Source: Trichomonas gallinae (lineage: Eukaryota). From it: a stretch of 50,994 bases of DNA. Location of the stretch: assembly GCA_008369845.1 (NCBI GenBank), contig MRSU01008998.1, positions 1 through 50,994 on the forward strand, written 5' to 3'. A model generated the notes under the pieces. The model did not search any database and had not been told where the DNA came from. It saw nothing but the letters and a program-made list of their open reading frames with translations. The position numbers were made by a program, and so were the translations under genes. Shown in pieces: positions 9,841 through 22,300 of the stretch (position 1 is its first letter; each line of letters opens with the position of its first letter).

Positions 9841-10530
9841 TTATGGCTGTGGTGTCTGGCCTGTGATGTCCTGATCAGCAGCAACCTTCTGCTTGAAGTA
9901 GCAGCAAGCATACATGATAGAAATAACAAGAAGGATGATTTCGAAAACGAAAATAACAACAGCAGCAGCGCCAAAGGAGTACATGTTCTTCTTGACCTTA
10001 TCCTTGAGGGCTGTGTAGCATCCTGTTGTTGATGCCTTTGTTCTATCTGTACCTTCCTTGTAGTCGTATGTAGCACAAGTTGCTGTCTCGCTTGCACTTG
10101 GCTTGTCGAAGCTGCAGCATTGGAGTGCTAATTCGATATTCTTTGTGACATTCTTGATGCCTTCATCAGAGCTGCCCTTGTTCCACTCTTTCCTTGCAAA
10201 GTCCATAACTGCTTCCGTCCTGGCAAACATAAGGATCAAGATAACAAGCTCAACAACGAGGACAACAAGTAAGAGGATTAAATATGTGAATGCCCAGCAC
10301 TTGTTTTCGCAGCACATGATGAAGAAACCAACGACGCATACAACAAGACAGAAAGCGAGAATAGCGAGGAATGGATATAATGCAGGAGATTTCTTAATAA
10401 GTTTATAATAATCTTCAGCGCCGGACTTGCCGATTCTTACGTATATGACGATGCATGCAATGACAGCAGCTATTAAGATGAGAAGGTTGAGGATGGCAAT
10501 GGTCCACTTGACACACTTCCAGTTAGTCAT
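9841..10530 (-). CDS. Tetraspanin
   Basis: Four TM segments, juxtamembrane Cys clusters (MCCENKC, ACC) and a large extracellular loop with CC(S)F...C...GC. ATG at 10530; the track start is TTG 10533. Confidence 0.85.
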   Translation of the reverse strand: MTNWKCVKWTIAILNLLILIAAVIACIVIYVRIGKSGAEDYYKLIKKSPALYPFLAILAFCLVVCVVGFFIMCCENKCWAFTYLILLLVVLVVELVILILMFARTEAVMDFARKEWNKGSSDEGIKNVTKNIELALQCCSFDKPSASETATCATYDYKEGTDRTKASTTGCYTALKDKVKKNMYSFGAAAVVIFVFEIILLVISIMYACCYFKQKVAADQDITGQTPQP

Positions 10531-11511
10531 CAAATCTATAAAAAACGGTTTGATTAAAATTTCATAACGTACGAATTTTTCGTTTTAAAACTCTTAAATT
10601 TGATTTTATAGGTTATAATAAGCATATTATTCAGAAAATTTTCCGATGAATTCAAATTTCAAATTTTTGGTATGTCTTTATATAGTATATTGAAGCATTT
10701 AAGGAAATCGTTAATTTCTATCAAATTGCAACGGATTTGAGAAGTTTACAAAACGTGCCAGAACCTTATGTGAATTTTCATCTTTTTGTTGTGTTATACA
10801 GAAAATTTAAGACAAAATTTTTCCTTTCAAAGTAATTTGAGAAGAAAAGTGAAGTGATTTTTATCCCATTTTTTTAAAAAAATTCACCGAATGAGAAAAA
10901 GTTTTAGTCGGAAATTTACAGTGTAATCGGATAGGAAATCAATATTAGCATAAGCACGAATATAATTTATGCATCTTGATAAGATTATTAGATTTCACCG
11001 GAAAATTGGTAAACAAGATATTCAACAATCATCAAGTCTTACTCATTAATGATTCGAAATCATCAAGTCTTTAAAAAGAAACGTTTGAAATTTGTTTCAA
11101 TTGAACAATGGAATATAAGAGTCAAACTATTAGAATAATGTCCTCATAAAACTAATGAGTAGCATAATGTCAAGTGGTGGACTTTGCATTATTTGATAAA
11201 TAATCTAGTGAGAAAATTCGAAATATCCAATTATCAAACGATCCTCTTTGGTACATATGGCATTTTAATTGGCTTTGATGAAGCGAATACCAAAAAAATC
11301 AAAATAACGTATTTCAATATTTTGATTTAATATGATTTTGAATATGTTTTTGATAATGGAACATAGTGAACTGCATGTATCTAATAATGTATAATCATCA
11401 ATGTACTCTTGAAAAATATATTTTCGTTATTAAACATATTGAAAATAGGAGCCAAGAAAATGTCTTGGTGTGTGGATGCAAGCTGATTGAATGCAATCTA
11501 AAATCTTCTAA

Positions 11512-12003
11512 TTAGAAGAAAATTATTGGCCTCATTCTAGGATTAAGAGAAGGTGGTATTTTTCTTGAAACAGTATTTATATCATATGTCTGCATCTTTT
11601 CGTAGCTTGGTGACGTATTTACTGTTCTATTATAATAAATTGATTCAATAGGTTCATGTTGAAACTGTGTGACCTGTCTGAGTTTCTTCAAATATAGCAT
11701 GTCATTATTTTTCTTCGTGTAATCAAGCCTTCTTTGTATTATTGGTAATTCTTCGGTTTTGATAACGCATTGTGCTGTCTTTGGTCGTTCGATTTGTCTT
11801 TTTCTTAATGCATCGAGTCTTGCTTTTGGTACTGGTGTCATTGTTTCTTGATTTGTCATTTTTTTAAAATCAATTGTCTCTTTAAAAATAGGATCAACGT
11901 CAGGCAATTTAACAACTTCTGTCTTAAGGTCTCTTTCGCGTTCCCTCTCTTTAAGTTTAAATGAAATTGCGCTTTTCTTGGGAGAAATATGTACAACTTT
12001 CAT
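11512..12003 (-). CDS. Hypothetical basic protein (163 aa)
   Basis: ATG-started ORF with coding-like composition and a RPKTA motif, with AAAGTGAC 15 nt upstream. No domain recognised. Confidence 0.65.
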   Translation of the reverse strand: MKVVHISPKKSAISFKLKERERERDLKTEVVKLPDVDPIFKETIDFKKMTNQETMTPVPKARLDALRKRQIERPKTAQCVIKTEELPIIQRRLDYTKKNNDMLYLKKLRQVTQFQHEPIESIYYNRTVNTSPSYEKMQTYDINTVSRKIPPSLNPRMRPIIFF

Positions 12004-12018
12004 AAAAAATTAAATATA

Positions 12019-12026
12019 GTCACTTT
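12019..12026 (-). promoter_or_regulatory. AAAGTGAC (trichomonad 'M2'-type) promoter/5'UTR motif
   Basis: Exact AAAGTGAC on the minus strand just upstream of ATG 12003. Confidence 0.5.
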
Positions 12027-12501
12027 TAATGTCATTTTTTGTAAAATTTAATAAATAACTTCTAGCCAAGATATTTGATTGTCATTCAGCCTATAGTATC
12101 TACACATTGAATAGTTTTTATTTCTCTGATATCTAAGAGTTTTATATTAGGGTTTTGGTAATGAATCAATCCATTTCTAAAATCGTACAAATAAAACTTG
12201 TTATGTAATCTTTATAATGAATTCCATGAAATATGTGGTTATGAATCAAGAAAAATAACAATTATAGTTTGAAATAAAAAGCATGATATAAGATAATGAC
12301 AAGGTTAACTGTAAACATGTAAATATTTTGATATACTATTTAAAATATTGTTTCTGCAGCTATTTTTAATTTCTATTGACTTAGTATTTGAATTTCAAAA
12401 ATTTCAATTCACCAAAAAAGTTAATTTAATTTAAAGTTAATACAGTTGATCTTCAGAATGGAAGAAGCAATATGAGATGGTAGGCATGGAATGGAGCACT
12501 T

Positions 12502-13002
12502 TTATGATTGTTCTGGATGTTTTTCTTTCCACAATTTAATAGACTCACGGACGCATTCAGCAACCTTCCTATCATATGTAATTCTGTTGGATTGAAAATC
12601 TCTTGCAGCTTCTCCGTTAGCTGGTGATTGTGGATTAGGGTCATCGAAGAGGGATCTAATAGAGTTAAGAATAGCAGCAATATCGTAAGCACTGGACCAT
12701 TTCTTCTGAAGAATATCCAAGCAAATATTGCCATTCTTGTATACGTTAGGATGATAAACCGGGGTAATAAACTTTACTGTTGGTGGATATTGAGGAAATT
12801 CGTCAGTGAATTCCATTTCGAGCTCAAAAACACCATCTTCCCATTGAGTACCCTTTGGACCAAAAATAACTGCGTTCCAATGAAGAACGTTTTGAGCATC
12901 TGGAGCAGCAATAATGCCATCGATGGCGCCTTCGTTGATTTCCTTCTTCAGGCTTCTGTAATACTTATGAAGTTTCTTTTTTGCAGCGTTGAGGGTGCTC
13001 AT
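12502..13002 (-). CDS. RAD6: Ubiquitin-conjugating enzyme E2, Rad6/UBC2 family
   Basis: WNAVIFGP.GT.WEDG.F.L..EF...FP..PP.V.F, YHPNVY.NG.ICLDILQ..WS..YD (catalytic Cys) and PNP.SPAN.EAA. MST..AKKKL at 13002 matches the Rad6 N-terminus, so the track start at 13068 is probably too early. Confidence 0.9.
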   Translation of the reverse strand: MSTLNAAKKKLHKYYRSLKKEINEGAIDGIIAAPDAQNVLHWNAVIFGPKGTQWEDGVFELEMEFTDEFPQYPPTVKFITPVYHPNVYKNGNICLDILQKKWSSAYDIAAILNSIRSLFDDPNPQSPANGEAARDFQSNRITYDRKVAECVRESIKLWKEKHPEQS

Positions 13003-13514
13003 TATTATTGACACTTTTCGATACTTGTTCGAATTTATTCGTTCATTTATACTTAATATTCTTGACATCTACAAGATATGTAGAAATTTTCATGTTAAAG
13101 TGCTCGATAAAAGCGAATATTTGAAAAAAGAAAATTGAAAATTCTGTTTTTCAATCTAATATACTATGTCATTAATACACATTTCTTATATGTAGATAGA
13201 TGAACACAGATAAAATAGAATCTGTTGCAATTTTATTATTTGAAAAAAATTGAAACTTGATTTTTAAACTTGCGTATATATTCATTACATTCAAATAGGT
13301 GAAGTCAATGTATGAGTTAAGAGTGTTTTGGTTAACTCTGCATTTATAAACCTAATGAAAAAAGAAAAAATGCTAATTGTTGTTATTATATAAAACCTTT
13401 TATAGTCTATTTAAGTGAATTGTCTAATTTATCATCGTAGTTCCAAAAAAATTCAAAAATAATTTTTCTTTTTCAATTGGTCGGATATAATGTAATTTGT
13501 AGCTAATGTGTTAT

Positions 13515-14147
13515 TTACTGATGAAGAATAACCTTGAATAAGTTGCAATATTGATTTGGAATCCAATAAATCCATCTATTTCCTTGCTTTGTAATTAAAC
13601 CAATAGCAATGAATTCGCCGTTTGTGTCAGGTATAATGATTTGAGCAGATTTAATGATCTCGGTGAAGAAAATTCTCTCAACTGTTCCGTCATCATTTTG
13701 CAAGAAAAGAGCATCTGTTTCAATTGATAATATGGACCTTTTTCCAGATGTTTCGCGGACGTAGAAAGGCACCGATGGTAAAACGCTAGTAGAATATTTG
13801 CTTGGCTTAATATAACCTTCTGGGAGACCTAAAGCAAGGATTTCTTTGTGATTTGATTCTCTAAGTGTATCAATAACTGTTGGAACGAAGGATGAGAATT
13901 TCCTTGGAGTGGCCACCTGAGTATTTGAATTTAAAACAGGTGGAGTTCCAGAAACCATTAATAAAAGCTTCATTCCGTTAACTAAGGGCTCAACATTTGT
14001 CAATGATTTGCCTCTAAAAATAATTTTTTGCGATTCTGCAGGAATTTGGAATTTCGATGTGATTGCTGTCATGAGACTGGCAAGAGTGGCGCCATTCTCA
14101 AACTGAAAGTCGTGGTTCTGGTTCTGGTATCTCAGCTGAACATTCAT
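13515..14147 (-). CDS. Ubiquitin-like domain protein, UBFD1-like
   Basis: N-terminal UBL (IPAESQKIIFRGKSL...KLLLM). The C-terminal region HKEILALGLP...LP..P...RWIYWIPNQY resembles the UBFD1 PH-like domain (YW.YWVP.QY). Confidence 0.7.
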   Translation of the reverse strand: MNVQLRYQNQNHDFQFENGATLASLMTAITSKFQIPAESQKIIFRGKSLTNVEPLVNGMKLLLMVSGTPPVLNSNTQVATPRKFSSFVPTVIDTLRESNHKEILALGLPEGYIKPSKYSTSVLPSVPFYVRETSGKRSILSIETDALFLQNDDGTVERIFFTEIIKSAQIIIPDTNGEFIAIGLITKQGNRWIYWIPNQYCNLFKVILHQ

Positions 14148-14703
14148 TTTATAACGTGCACTTTTTAGAGCCAGTAAATATTCAATTTTGAATTCAGCAT
14201 AATCTGAAGTTTATGACACTTTTGAGAATGGTAAAACTTTTTTTGGCACTTTTATTACACTCTCGGTTTTCCACTCAAGACTATTAATTCCGATGATTTT
14301 CATAAACACGTCAAAAGTATAACTTGCAGATCTTCGTTTTTTAGTGAAACTCGGTGGAACTTCATTGAATAGCAGCACTAATGTATACAATATATAAAAT
14401 CTGACAATACTTTATGTCATGTAATTATCATTTACGAAATCTTACTCTATGAAATTGTCAAAATGTCAAAAGTAAGAGACTTCATAGTGAAAAGTATTTA
14501 CTGGTAGATTAGGAAAGTTAGGGTCTTGTTAGCAAGTTCATTGCAAGGACATTTTGATAAAAAAGGTGTTATGCATAAAAACTCTCATTGAAATGCAGAT
14601 GAGTCATTGAGCCATCATGATTTTCAAAATGTATAGATATACTTTGAAATCTGCCAATATGACATGTAAGGCACAACAATGTCACTTTTGCTCATTTCTA
14701 GAA

Positions 14704-16230
14704 ATGTTGTCTAAGATTGGTGGTGGGTTACAAAAAGCTGGTGAGGCGCTTTCTAAAGCTACAAGTAGTGCAGTATCTAGAATTGAAGGGTTTTTCTCAC
14801 CTCCAAGAACAAAATACGATGAAAATAAACTTCCTAAGATTCTTTCGACGAATGAAGACGACAACATCGTTGGAAATTACATAAGAATACCAATTAGAAT
14901 CATTAACGACAGAAAACAGATGATCCATGGATCAGTTTATAAACTCGACACAGATATAGATAAAGATATCACTCAATGTTTAATTTACTTACATGGTGTC
15001 TCGAGTTCTCAATTAGAGGGTCAGTTTCTTGTTCCAAACTTATGTTCGCATCACATCGCTGTCTGTTGCTTCGATTTCATTGGCTGTGGCAACAGTGATG
15101 GCAAATGGATTTCCTTAGGATATTACGAACATCTAGATACTGAATGCGTCATCAAAACACTTGAAGAAACATTTGGGTTCAAAGAATTCGCTCTTTGGGG
15201 AAGGTCAATGGGTGCCGCAACAGCAATACTTACATCACATCCAGGAATTAAGTCAATTGTTGTTGATTCTGCATTCAAGTCTGCAGAAGAGTTGTTTAAT
15301 GACTTAGCAGCCCAGAACCATATTCCTAAGTCAATGTTTAACGGTTCTGTTAAGTTATTTGCTCAAATGAGCTTTGGATCAGATTTCAAAATTGAAAATA
15401 TCAACTGTATTAAAGCCGTATCCGAAAAATCAGTCCCAGCAGCATATGGTCATGCAACTGATGATAAATTCATCCCATTTGAACACGGAAAGTCACTTTA
15501 CGAAGCACATTCAAACAAAGACAAAGATTTGATGGAATTAACAGGCGGACACAACGGATACAGATCTGCTGATTGGATCCGTTATGGTGTTTCTTTTGTT
15601 CTCAACCATTTCGGCATTTTCGCAAGTCCAGCAACTCTCGAGGTCTCAGAATGCCGCAAACTTCAGGCAGGAAACGAACAATTCGACAGTTTCGAGAGTC
15701 TTTTAGCCAACAAGAAGAATTCACCGCAGGAAGAAGCAGAAGAAAAGCCAAAACACAAACATCATCATCATGAAGAAGCCAAAAAAGAAGATGAAGAAGC
15801 TAAAAAAGTTGATGATGAACCGCAAATAGAAAAGAAGAAGAAAACAAAGAAAGTCGTAAAATCTCGTAAATCTGATAAATCAAAGAAATCAAGCGATGCA
15901 CAGCCAAAAGAAGAACCAGCTAAAGAAACTGAAATTAAACCAAAAGAAGAAACAACTCTACCAAGAGATGAGAAGAAGCCTGTAGAAACTGAACAAAAGC
16001 CAAAGGAAGAAAATGTTCAAAAAGAAAAAATTGAAGGTGAAACAAAGCCAAAGAAGAAAAAAGTTATTCATAAAAAGAAGGAATCTGCTCCGAAGCAGGA
16101 AGAAAATAAAGACAAACCAGCAGATGAACAAAAAGAGCCAAAATCAGCTGGAACTGAAGAAAAGAAAACAAAAAGAACCAGGACAACAAAGAAAACTTCG
16201 AAATCTTCAAATGGAGGAAAGAAAGAATAA
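14704..16230 (+). CDS. Alpha/beta-fold serine hydrolase (S9/ABHD-like) with Lys/Glu-rich C-terminal tail
   Basis: IYLHG, FDFIGCGNSDG.WISLG..E..D, nucleophile LWGRSMGA, Asp in DDKFI and His in GGHN. The start is moved to ATG 14704 because Inr TCATT lies at 14692-14696. Confidence 0.85.
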   Translation: MLSKIGGGLQKAGEALSKATSSAVSRIEGFFSPPRTKYDENKLPKILSTNEDDNIVGNYIRIPIRIINDRKQMIHGSVYKLDTDIDKDITQCLIYLHGVSSSQLEGQFLVPNLCSHHIAVCCFDFIGCGNSDGKWISLGYYEHLDTECVIKTLEETFGFKEFALWGRSMGAATAILTSHPGIKSIVVDSAFKSAEELFNDLAAQNHIPKSMFNGSVKLFAQMSFGSDFKIENINCIKAVSEKSVPAAYGHATDDKFIPFEHGKSLYEAHSNKDKDLMELTGGHNGYRSADWIRYGVSFVLNHFGIFASPATLEVSECRKLQAGNEQFDSFESLLANKKNSPQEEAEEKPKHKHHHHEEAKKEDEEAKKVDDEPQIEKKKKTKKVVKSRKSDKSKKSSDAQPKEEPAKETEIKPKEETTLPRDEKKPVETEQKPKEENVQKEKIEGETKPKKKKVIHKKKESAPKQEENKDKPADEQKEPKSAGTEEKKTKRTRTTKKTSKSSNGGKKE

Positions 16231-16361
16231 AAATTGTTTGATGTTTGTGTTTTTATTAATCTCACCAATCAAATACATATCAAAATCTCAAAATTGATTT
16301 TCTTGAAATGTAATAATTGTAACAATATTGGATTTTTCATAAAAATAAATATTAAAACATT

Positions 16362-19300
16362 TTATTGAACAGTGATAAAGGCAGCTACAGACCTCTGAAT
16401 CCAATGGTCTGGGCTGACTTTCGATGGTAAGAATAACGATAAAATATAATTTGGCAGGTCAAGTGCACCAGTTCCTCTGCTCTGTGTTCTGAATACTGGG
16501 CATTCGTAGAACTTCGACCTGTCGTACTGCGAAGGCTGCTCAGTCGGCACCAAATGGAAAACAGGGAGCTTGTTGTCGAGCTCCATCTGTGAGCATTCAA
16601 CTAATGTTCCCTGGAAATTATCCCATTTTGCGCCTTCGAGTGGAAGACCTTCGATGTAGATGCCTTCGCTTGGTGATTCATTGATTATAGTATTGATTGG
16701 TGTAGTCTTCCAGCTTAATGTATCAAATGGAACAACTTTTGTTCTTGCGTAAACTTGCAAAACAGCTGTCAAAAATTCTTCTGGGTGGAAGAAAGCTCCG
16801 AGTCTGTAAACTACTGGTGTTCCCATCCTTATCCAGTTGTCGATGAAGTCGACTCTCTGTCTCAAGTCATCCATGTAGTTTCTCAACGTCAAAATAGACG
16901 GGAAGGACTTAGAAAGCCAAATCTCTGGAACTCTGTTGGACAGCAAACGTTTCTTGAGCGTTTCAAGCTGAGAGTCAATCAAAATCAAACCTTTGAGGCC
17001 TCTTTCGATCTTCTTGAGGCTTTCTGCGATTGTCTGGATCAATTCGTTATATAGAACAATTTCGTGATACAAAACTGTCGCTATTGTATCCTTTTGCGTG
17101 AATTTCTTCTTGAAATTGAAAATGTTGAATGGACGAGGAAGAACTTGTTGCAATGATGTGACTAAACTCAATGCAAATTGTTCTTCTGAAACTGATTCTG
17201 ATGATGAAACCAAAGTTGGCTGAACTTCAATTAACTTGTTGAAAATGTTCATGGCTTCATTTCTCGCGACGATTGTTGAAGCGTTGAGTGATAAGCCGAC
17301 ATCCTGTGATGCCGTGACTGTTGGCCAGCCCTCCAAGACTTTGATTATGTCAGGCAATGGTATATCAAATGAGCTTGGTGAGTTGTAGCGTTTTCCGAAA
17401 GTGAATCCTTGTGATGTAGATTCTTCGCTGAAATATCTTTGCAAAACTGACAGCAACAATCTTCTGTCCCAAGCATCAGTGACACGGCCACCATAGTTGA
17501 GCTCGCCAATAACATATCCTAATGCTTCGAATGGGATGTCGTTCTGGTTGTTGCCTGATTCTGTCAAAAATGTGTGCAACTGTTTCCTGGAAATTGCGAA
17601 ATCGCTTGGATTGAATTCGTAAGGGATGTTCCAGCCCATTGAGCCGAACTGGAGTCTTTCTAACACAACAGAGTGGAAGAAAGCAAGATTGAACGTCAGC
17701 TGCTTCTCTATTTCGCTTGAATCGCTTTCGTATTCATCAGCATTGAAGCCTGAGTAAATACGCATGATGTTTTCTCTGATGCCTCTTGGAATTTCGTATA
17801 TTAACTTTGTGCCTTGGTAAAGGATGCCAATCGGGAAGTTTGGATCGGACATTGTAACCAAGCAGACTCTGAATCTTGGATTGAGTTTGTCTGGTTCCAT
17901 TGATAACTCGTTCAAAATGTGCTCGAGTTTCGGCATCCATGAAAGAGAAAGGTGGCAGTTTTGTAGGACAACGATGAAGCCTGATTCTGCTGCTTCTCTT
18001 ATCAACTCTTCTGCTCCTTGTCCTCTTCCACGTCCAAGAGAGTAAGCTCTTACGTATTTCTCCATCTCCATGCTGGCTGTTACTCCCAAAATTTCATCCT
18101 GAGGATCAATACCAGGCATGATGATGAAAATCAATGGTGTTGTTGTGTTGGACTCCTTGAAGACTTTAGTAAGGTTGAGTGTTGGAGGTGTGACGAATTC
18201 TTTGCCGAGATTCTCTTCGATAAAGATGTGCAAACCTTCTCTGACTCTTTCCAAGTGGAAAATCTTCAACAGCAAGAATTTCTGGAAGGAAGAAAGTTTT
18301 CCTTGACCGAATGGAATTGTTGCTGTTTCTGCTGTTTGATTCTCCATGTATTCTCTCCACTTGTCGCTGTTCTCCTGTATGTGCTTCGTTAGGTTGTTGA
18401 AATCGCTTGATATTTTCTCCAATGCAGCTGCTTGTCTCCAGCTTTCGTCTGTGATAAACAACAATGGGCTGGTGAGTTGTTCAACATTCGGACTGAGCAG
18501 GAAAGCAAGCTCTGATGATGATATTTTCTTCTCTGAGTGCAAAATTCTTATGCACATCAAAGAAGAGAACAACAATTTGTGTCTTGAGAACAATGAATAT
18601 GAAACACTTTCGTAGAAATTCCTTGCTATTGTGTTGTTAAACGATTTGATTGTTTCGTCAACATTTTGGAAGTGCTGTGCATTGATGATTGCATTCCTGA
18701 ACAAGTTGGTGAACCATTTCAATGAAAACTGATACATTGAGTCGATGACACTGAAGTCAGAAACGCAGAAGTACAAGAGAGCTGCGCGTGAAGCGACTTG
18801 GAAGAATTGATTTCTGAACTCAGTGATTTGCTTCTGTGTGATTTCAGATGCCGCCATTTGCTGAGCGATTGACTGAGATGTTTCGTGAGCATTGTGAAGA
18901 GTAGTGATGGCTTTGTCATCATCCAAAATATCGCTGCCAGCATTTGAAACAATATTCAAGATTTCTTTCTCGATTTCTTTGAGTCTTCTTATTGCGAGAG
19001 CTGATGCTTCCATGATTTGCACACGTTTCTCATCTAAGTCTGCTCTTTCTACTTCGATTAAATTGTTCAGCAAGAGATCAGTCAAACCCTCTTCTGTTGT
19101 TGTGAAGTTGATTAAAGTGACTTGCGAGCAAATTGCTGGGGAATACTGCGGATTTGGATACTTAGTTGAAAGATACAATCTGAAGTTGTCATTGTAATTA
19201 ACGACTTCACCGCCAATTGATATTGTTTTAGCTCCGTCGACATTCATGATTTCCTTGGAAAGAATCGGGTCAATGATTGGGTCAATCTTCAGGCCAACAT

Positions 19301-22300
19301 TTTCCACAATTACAGGAATACCAATCTGAATGCAGCTCTTTAATCTCTGTAGGAAGTCAACTTGGTCAAATCTCAATGCAACAAGCTTCTCGTCAATGGC
19401 TCTGAGCCATGTAGTACCGTTAAGTTGTGGATCAATTAACAATGGGAATGATTCAGGATTCTTTGTGATGATCAAAGCGTTTTGAATGCTATGAGAGTCA
19501 TTAGACAAACCTTTAGTGATCCAATCTCTGATTGTCGCATCATTTCCAAGAGAAGAAATGATGGAGAAGTTGTTTGTGAAAACTATTCCATTATCATTCA
19601 AAAATCCTTGCCATGTCTTGAGAATGTTTGTTCTGTAGGAAGGAGAATAAACACCTAAGTATGTCAAAACACCTGAAATCAAAATTGAATCTCCCATGAT
19701 ATACTTCGAAGAGTTCTCAAGTGATGAAGAAACTTCCGTCCATCTGTCTGTTTCTCCAGCAAGTCCGCTCATAATCTTATTAGCTCTGTCGAGTCTAGCT
19801 GTTGTCTTTTGGACATTTTCTTTAAGTTCTGTCTCTCTCTGTTTCATTGCGTCGACTTTGTCTTGCAGATCTTTGAGTGTTTGCTCAACTTGTGCCAGGT
19901 GCTGCTTAGCTTTGTGAAGAATTGCTTGAGATGCTTCGAGTTTCTTAGATGCTTCATCTGCAGCATTCTTCAATGGCAAAATTTCTTGATAAACATTCCA
20001 GTAATCGAATGATGCGCAAACCCAATCATAGAAAGCGCCAACAGCTGCGAATGACTGTTGTGCAGCTTTCTTCTTCTCTTCTCTTGCCGCTGGATCCGTT
20101 GGAACATACTTCTTGAGCTTGTTGATTGTTTGCTGCTTCATGTTTTCGATCTTGAAGTTTGTAATATTGTTGATGAATTTGATATCATTCAACAGTGAAA
20201 CAGCTTCTGGCCAGTAGTCTTCTTCTTTTGTTCCTGGTGTTGGTCCATCAACTTTTCTCGGCTGTCTTTCGAACATGATGCAAACTGCGTCGAAAGTATC
20301 TTTCATGCCTGATGTTGGATTATGGAGTTTCTTGATGTTAACAAGTGAATCTTTGTCGAGTTTGCTTACAGCGATTCTTGCTTCTTCAAGAATTGGCTCT
20401 GCTTTGGCGAACTGTTCTTGTGCAACTCTGTTTGCTTCTGTTGCCTGTTGAGCTTCTTTCTCAGCAACATCACTTTGCTCTTTGACTTCTTTCTGGGTGT
20501 TTTCGCACTCAGCACTTTTAACTGACAACTCTTTGAGCATTTCATTGACTTCTTTTTCTGTCTTTTGAAGTATAGGAATGTCTCTGTCGAGCTGTTCACG
20601 CATTGTTGCAATTTGTGCTTGTGTTGACTTGATTTTCTCGATACCTTGCGTGTAGTCTTTGATTGAAGATTGATTCGAGTTTTGTCCGTTGATTAATCTT
20701 TCTGTGAATGTTTGTAGCAACTCAAAGAATCTTGATGGGGTGACAGCGTTGTATCTCTTTGTCTCTTTGATGAACTTGGAAGCGAAATCTTCAGCACTTT
20801 TATGAATATCGACCATGATTTTGATGACGTTGTTGATTATGTTGCTTGGAATGTTTGCCTTTTGTAAAGCGGTCAAACCGATTGACACGAGACTCTCATT
20901 GAGCCATGGCATGTACCAGTCAATGATGACTTCGTTCCTGATGTTTGTGAATGAAAGCATAACGTCTTTGAATGTCTGTCCGTAAGGGGAAAAAACGAGG
21001 ATAACGTGGAGATTCTTTTTAACTCTCAACATGAATTTGTCCCAAGCTGGGATGTTATCTGCTGCTGTATCATCCTTGTTGATCTCCTGTTTGATTGCTT
21101 CAATCTCATCTCTGTCATAAAGCTGAGGAACTTCAGATGAAGTCAATATATTAGAAATGTCTTCCAATTGTTGTGGCATGATTATCTGGACGTCAGAAAT
21201 GATGAAGCCTGTTGGTCTGTCTTCAACGCCGCATTGATGCATCAATGTCTTCAAGTTCTCTCTCCATTCTTCGAAGTTGTAAGTTCTTGTAATGGAAATT
21301 TCAAATGGTTCCATCGAACAAGCGTAAAGAGCTAAATGTGCCAATGACTTTCTTCCGCTTGACTTGACGCCGACGAGCATTGCATGGCCACGTTCTAGCG
21401 AGAAAGCCCTTGAAAGAGAAGCAAGATGAGAAATAGCTTCTGGGAACAAAACAATGTCTAATTGCTTCTGGACTTCTCTGTTGTGTTCCTCCAGCAAATT
21501 GTTGCAAATTTGTATGAGCTGTTCTTGTGAAACGTTGACTTCTTTGTAGAGCTTCGTGTTGTCAGAGAAAGAGCAGAACATTGGCTCTCTGTCGACTTTT
21601 CCGTGCATTCCTTCTTCAATCTGTTGTTTAAGAGCAGCAATGAGCCACTTTCTATCGCTGTTTGTGTTGAATCTGTCGTGGAATTCTCTCATCATCTCGT
21701 GCTGCCACAATCTCATGAATTGGATCTCAGTTGGGATGTTTTCTGGCTTAATCAAAAGCATGCCTTTAATTACATGTATGATATTTCTCATATTGAAGAT
21801 ATAGTGGAGTTTCGATGGAATGGCTAAAAGACTCTTCTGGCATTCAGCGTAGATTCCAACCATTGCATTAGAGATTGGTTTGAGACGCTCAACAATTGAC
21901 TGTGAGTATTTACCGAAGGCGTTCATCATCAGTCCTTCAACAATCTGTGATGTTTCTATAACATTGTAAGCCGGTGAATGCAAAATGAAGAAGTGGCTCA
22001 ACAATCTTTCCGGAATGTTATATAAACCGCCTCCTGGGACTCCCATTGTTGCAATTAAAGAAGTTCCTGTGATTTCCTGGAACTCTACTGGTGAAGTCTG
22101 ATACCAACCATTGTAATCCATGAACTGCCTTAGTAACTCCAAAGGTGGCTGTGCTCCGTAAACTTCCGGTTGAACAGCATTGATGTTGTCGAGTAAATAA
22201 ATCAGCTGCTGGTTAGGAAGTGGGCCAAGTTTTCCTTGTCTCTTGTGCATGAACGCGTGCATGTATTTAGAAATTCCATTTGGTGTTGAGCAGCTGGCCA

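Noticed and set aside
10516..10572. Intron-like 57-nt segment on the minus strand (GTACGT ... ACTAACTGGAAG) at the tetraspanin 5' end
   Set aside because: It only partly matches the ACTAACACACAG consensus. Splicing would delete the ATG, and the upstream frame has a TAA with no ATG. ACTAAC is explained by the codons Thr-Asn.
11027..11071. 14-bp direct repeat AATCATCAAGTCTT x2
   Set aside because: Only two copies in AT-rich DNA with no associated element.
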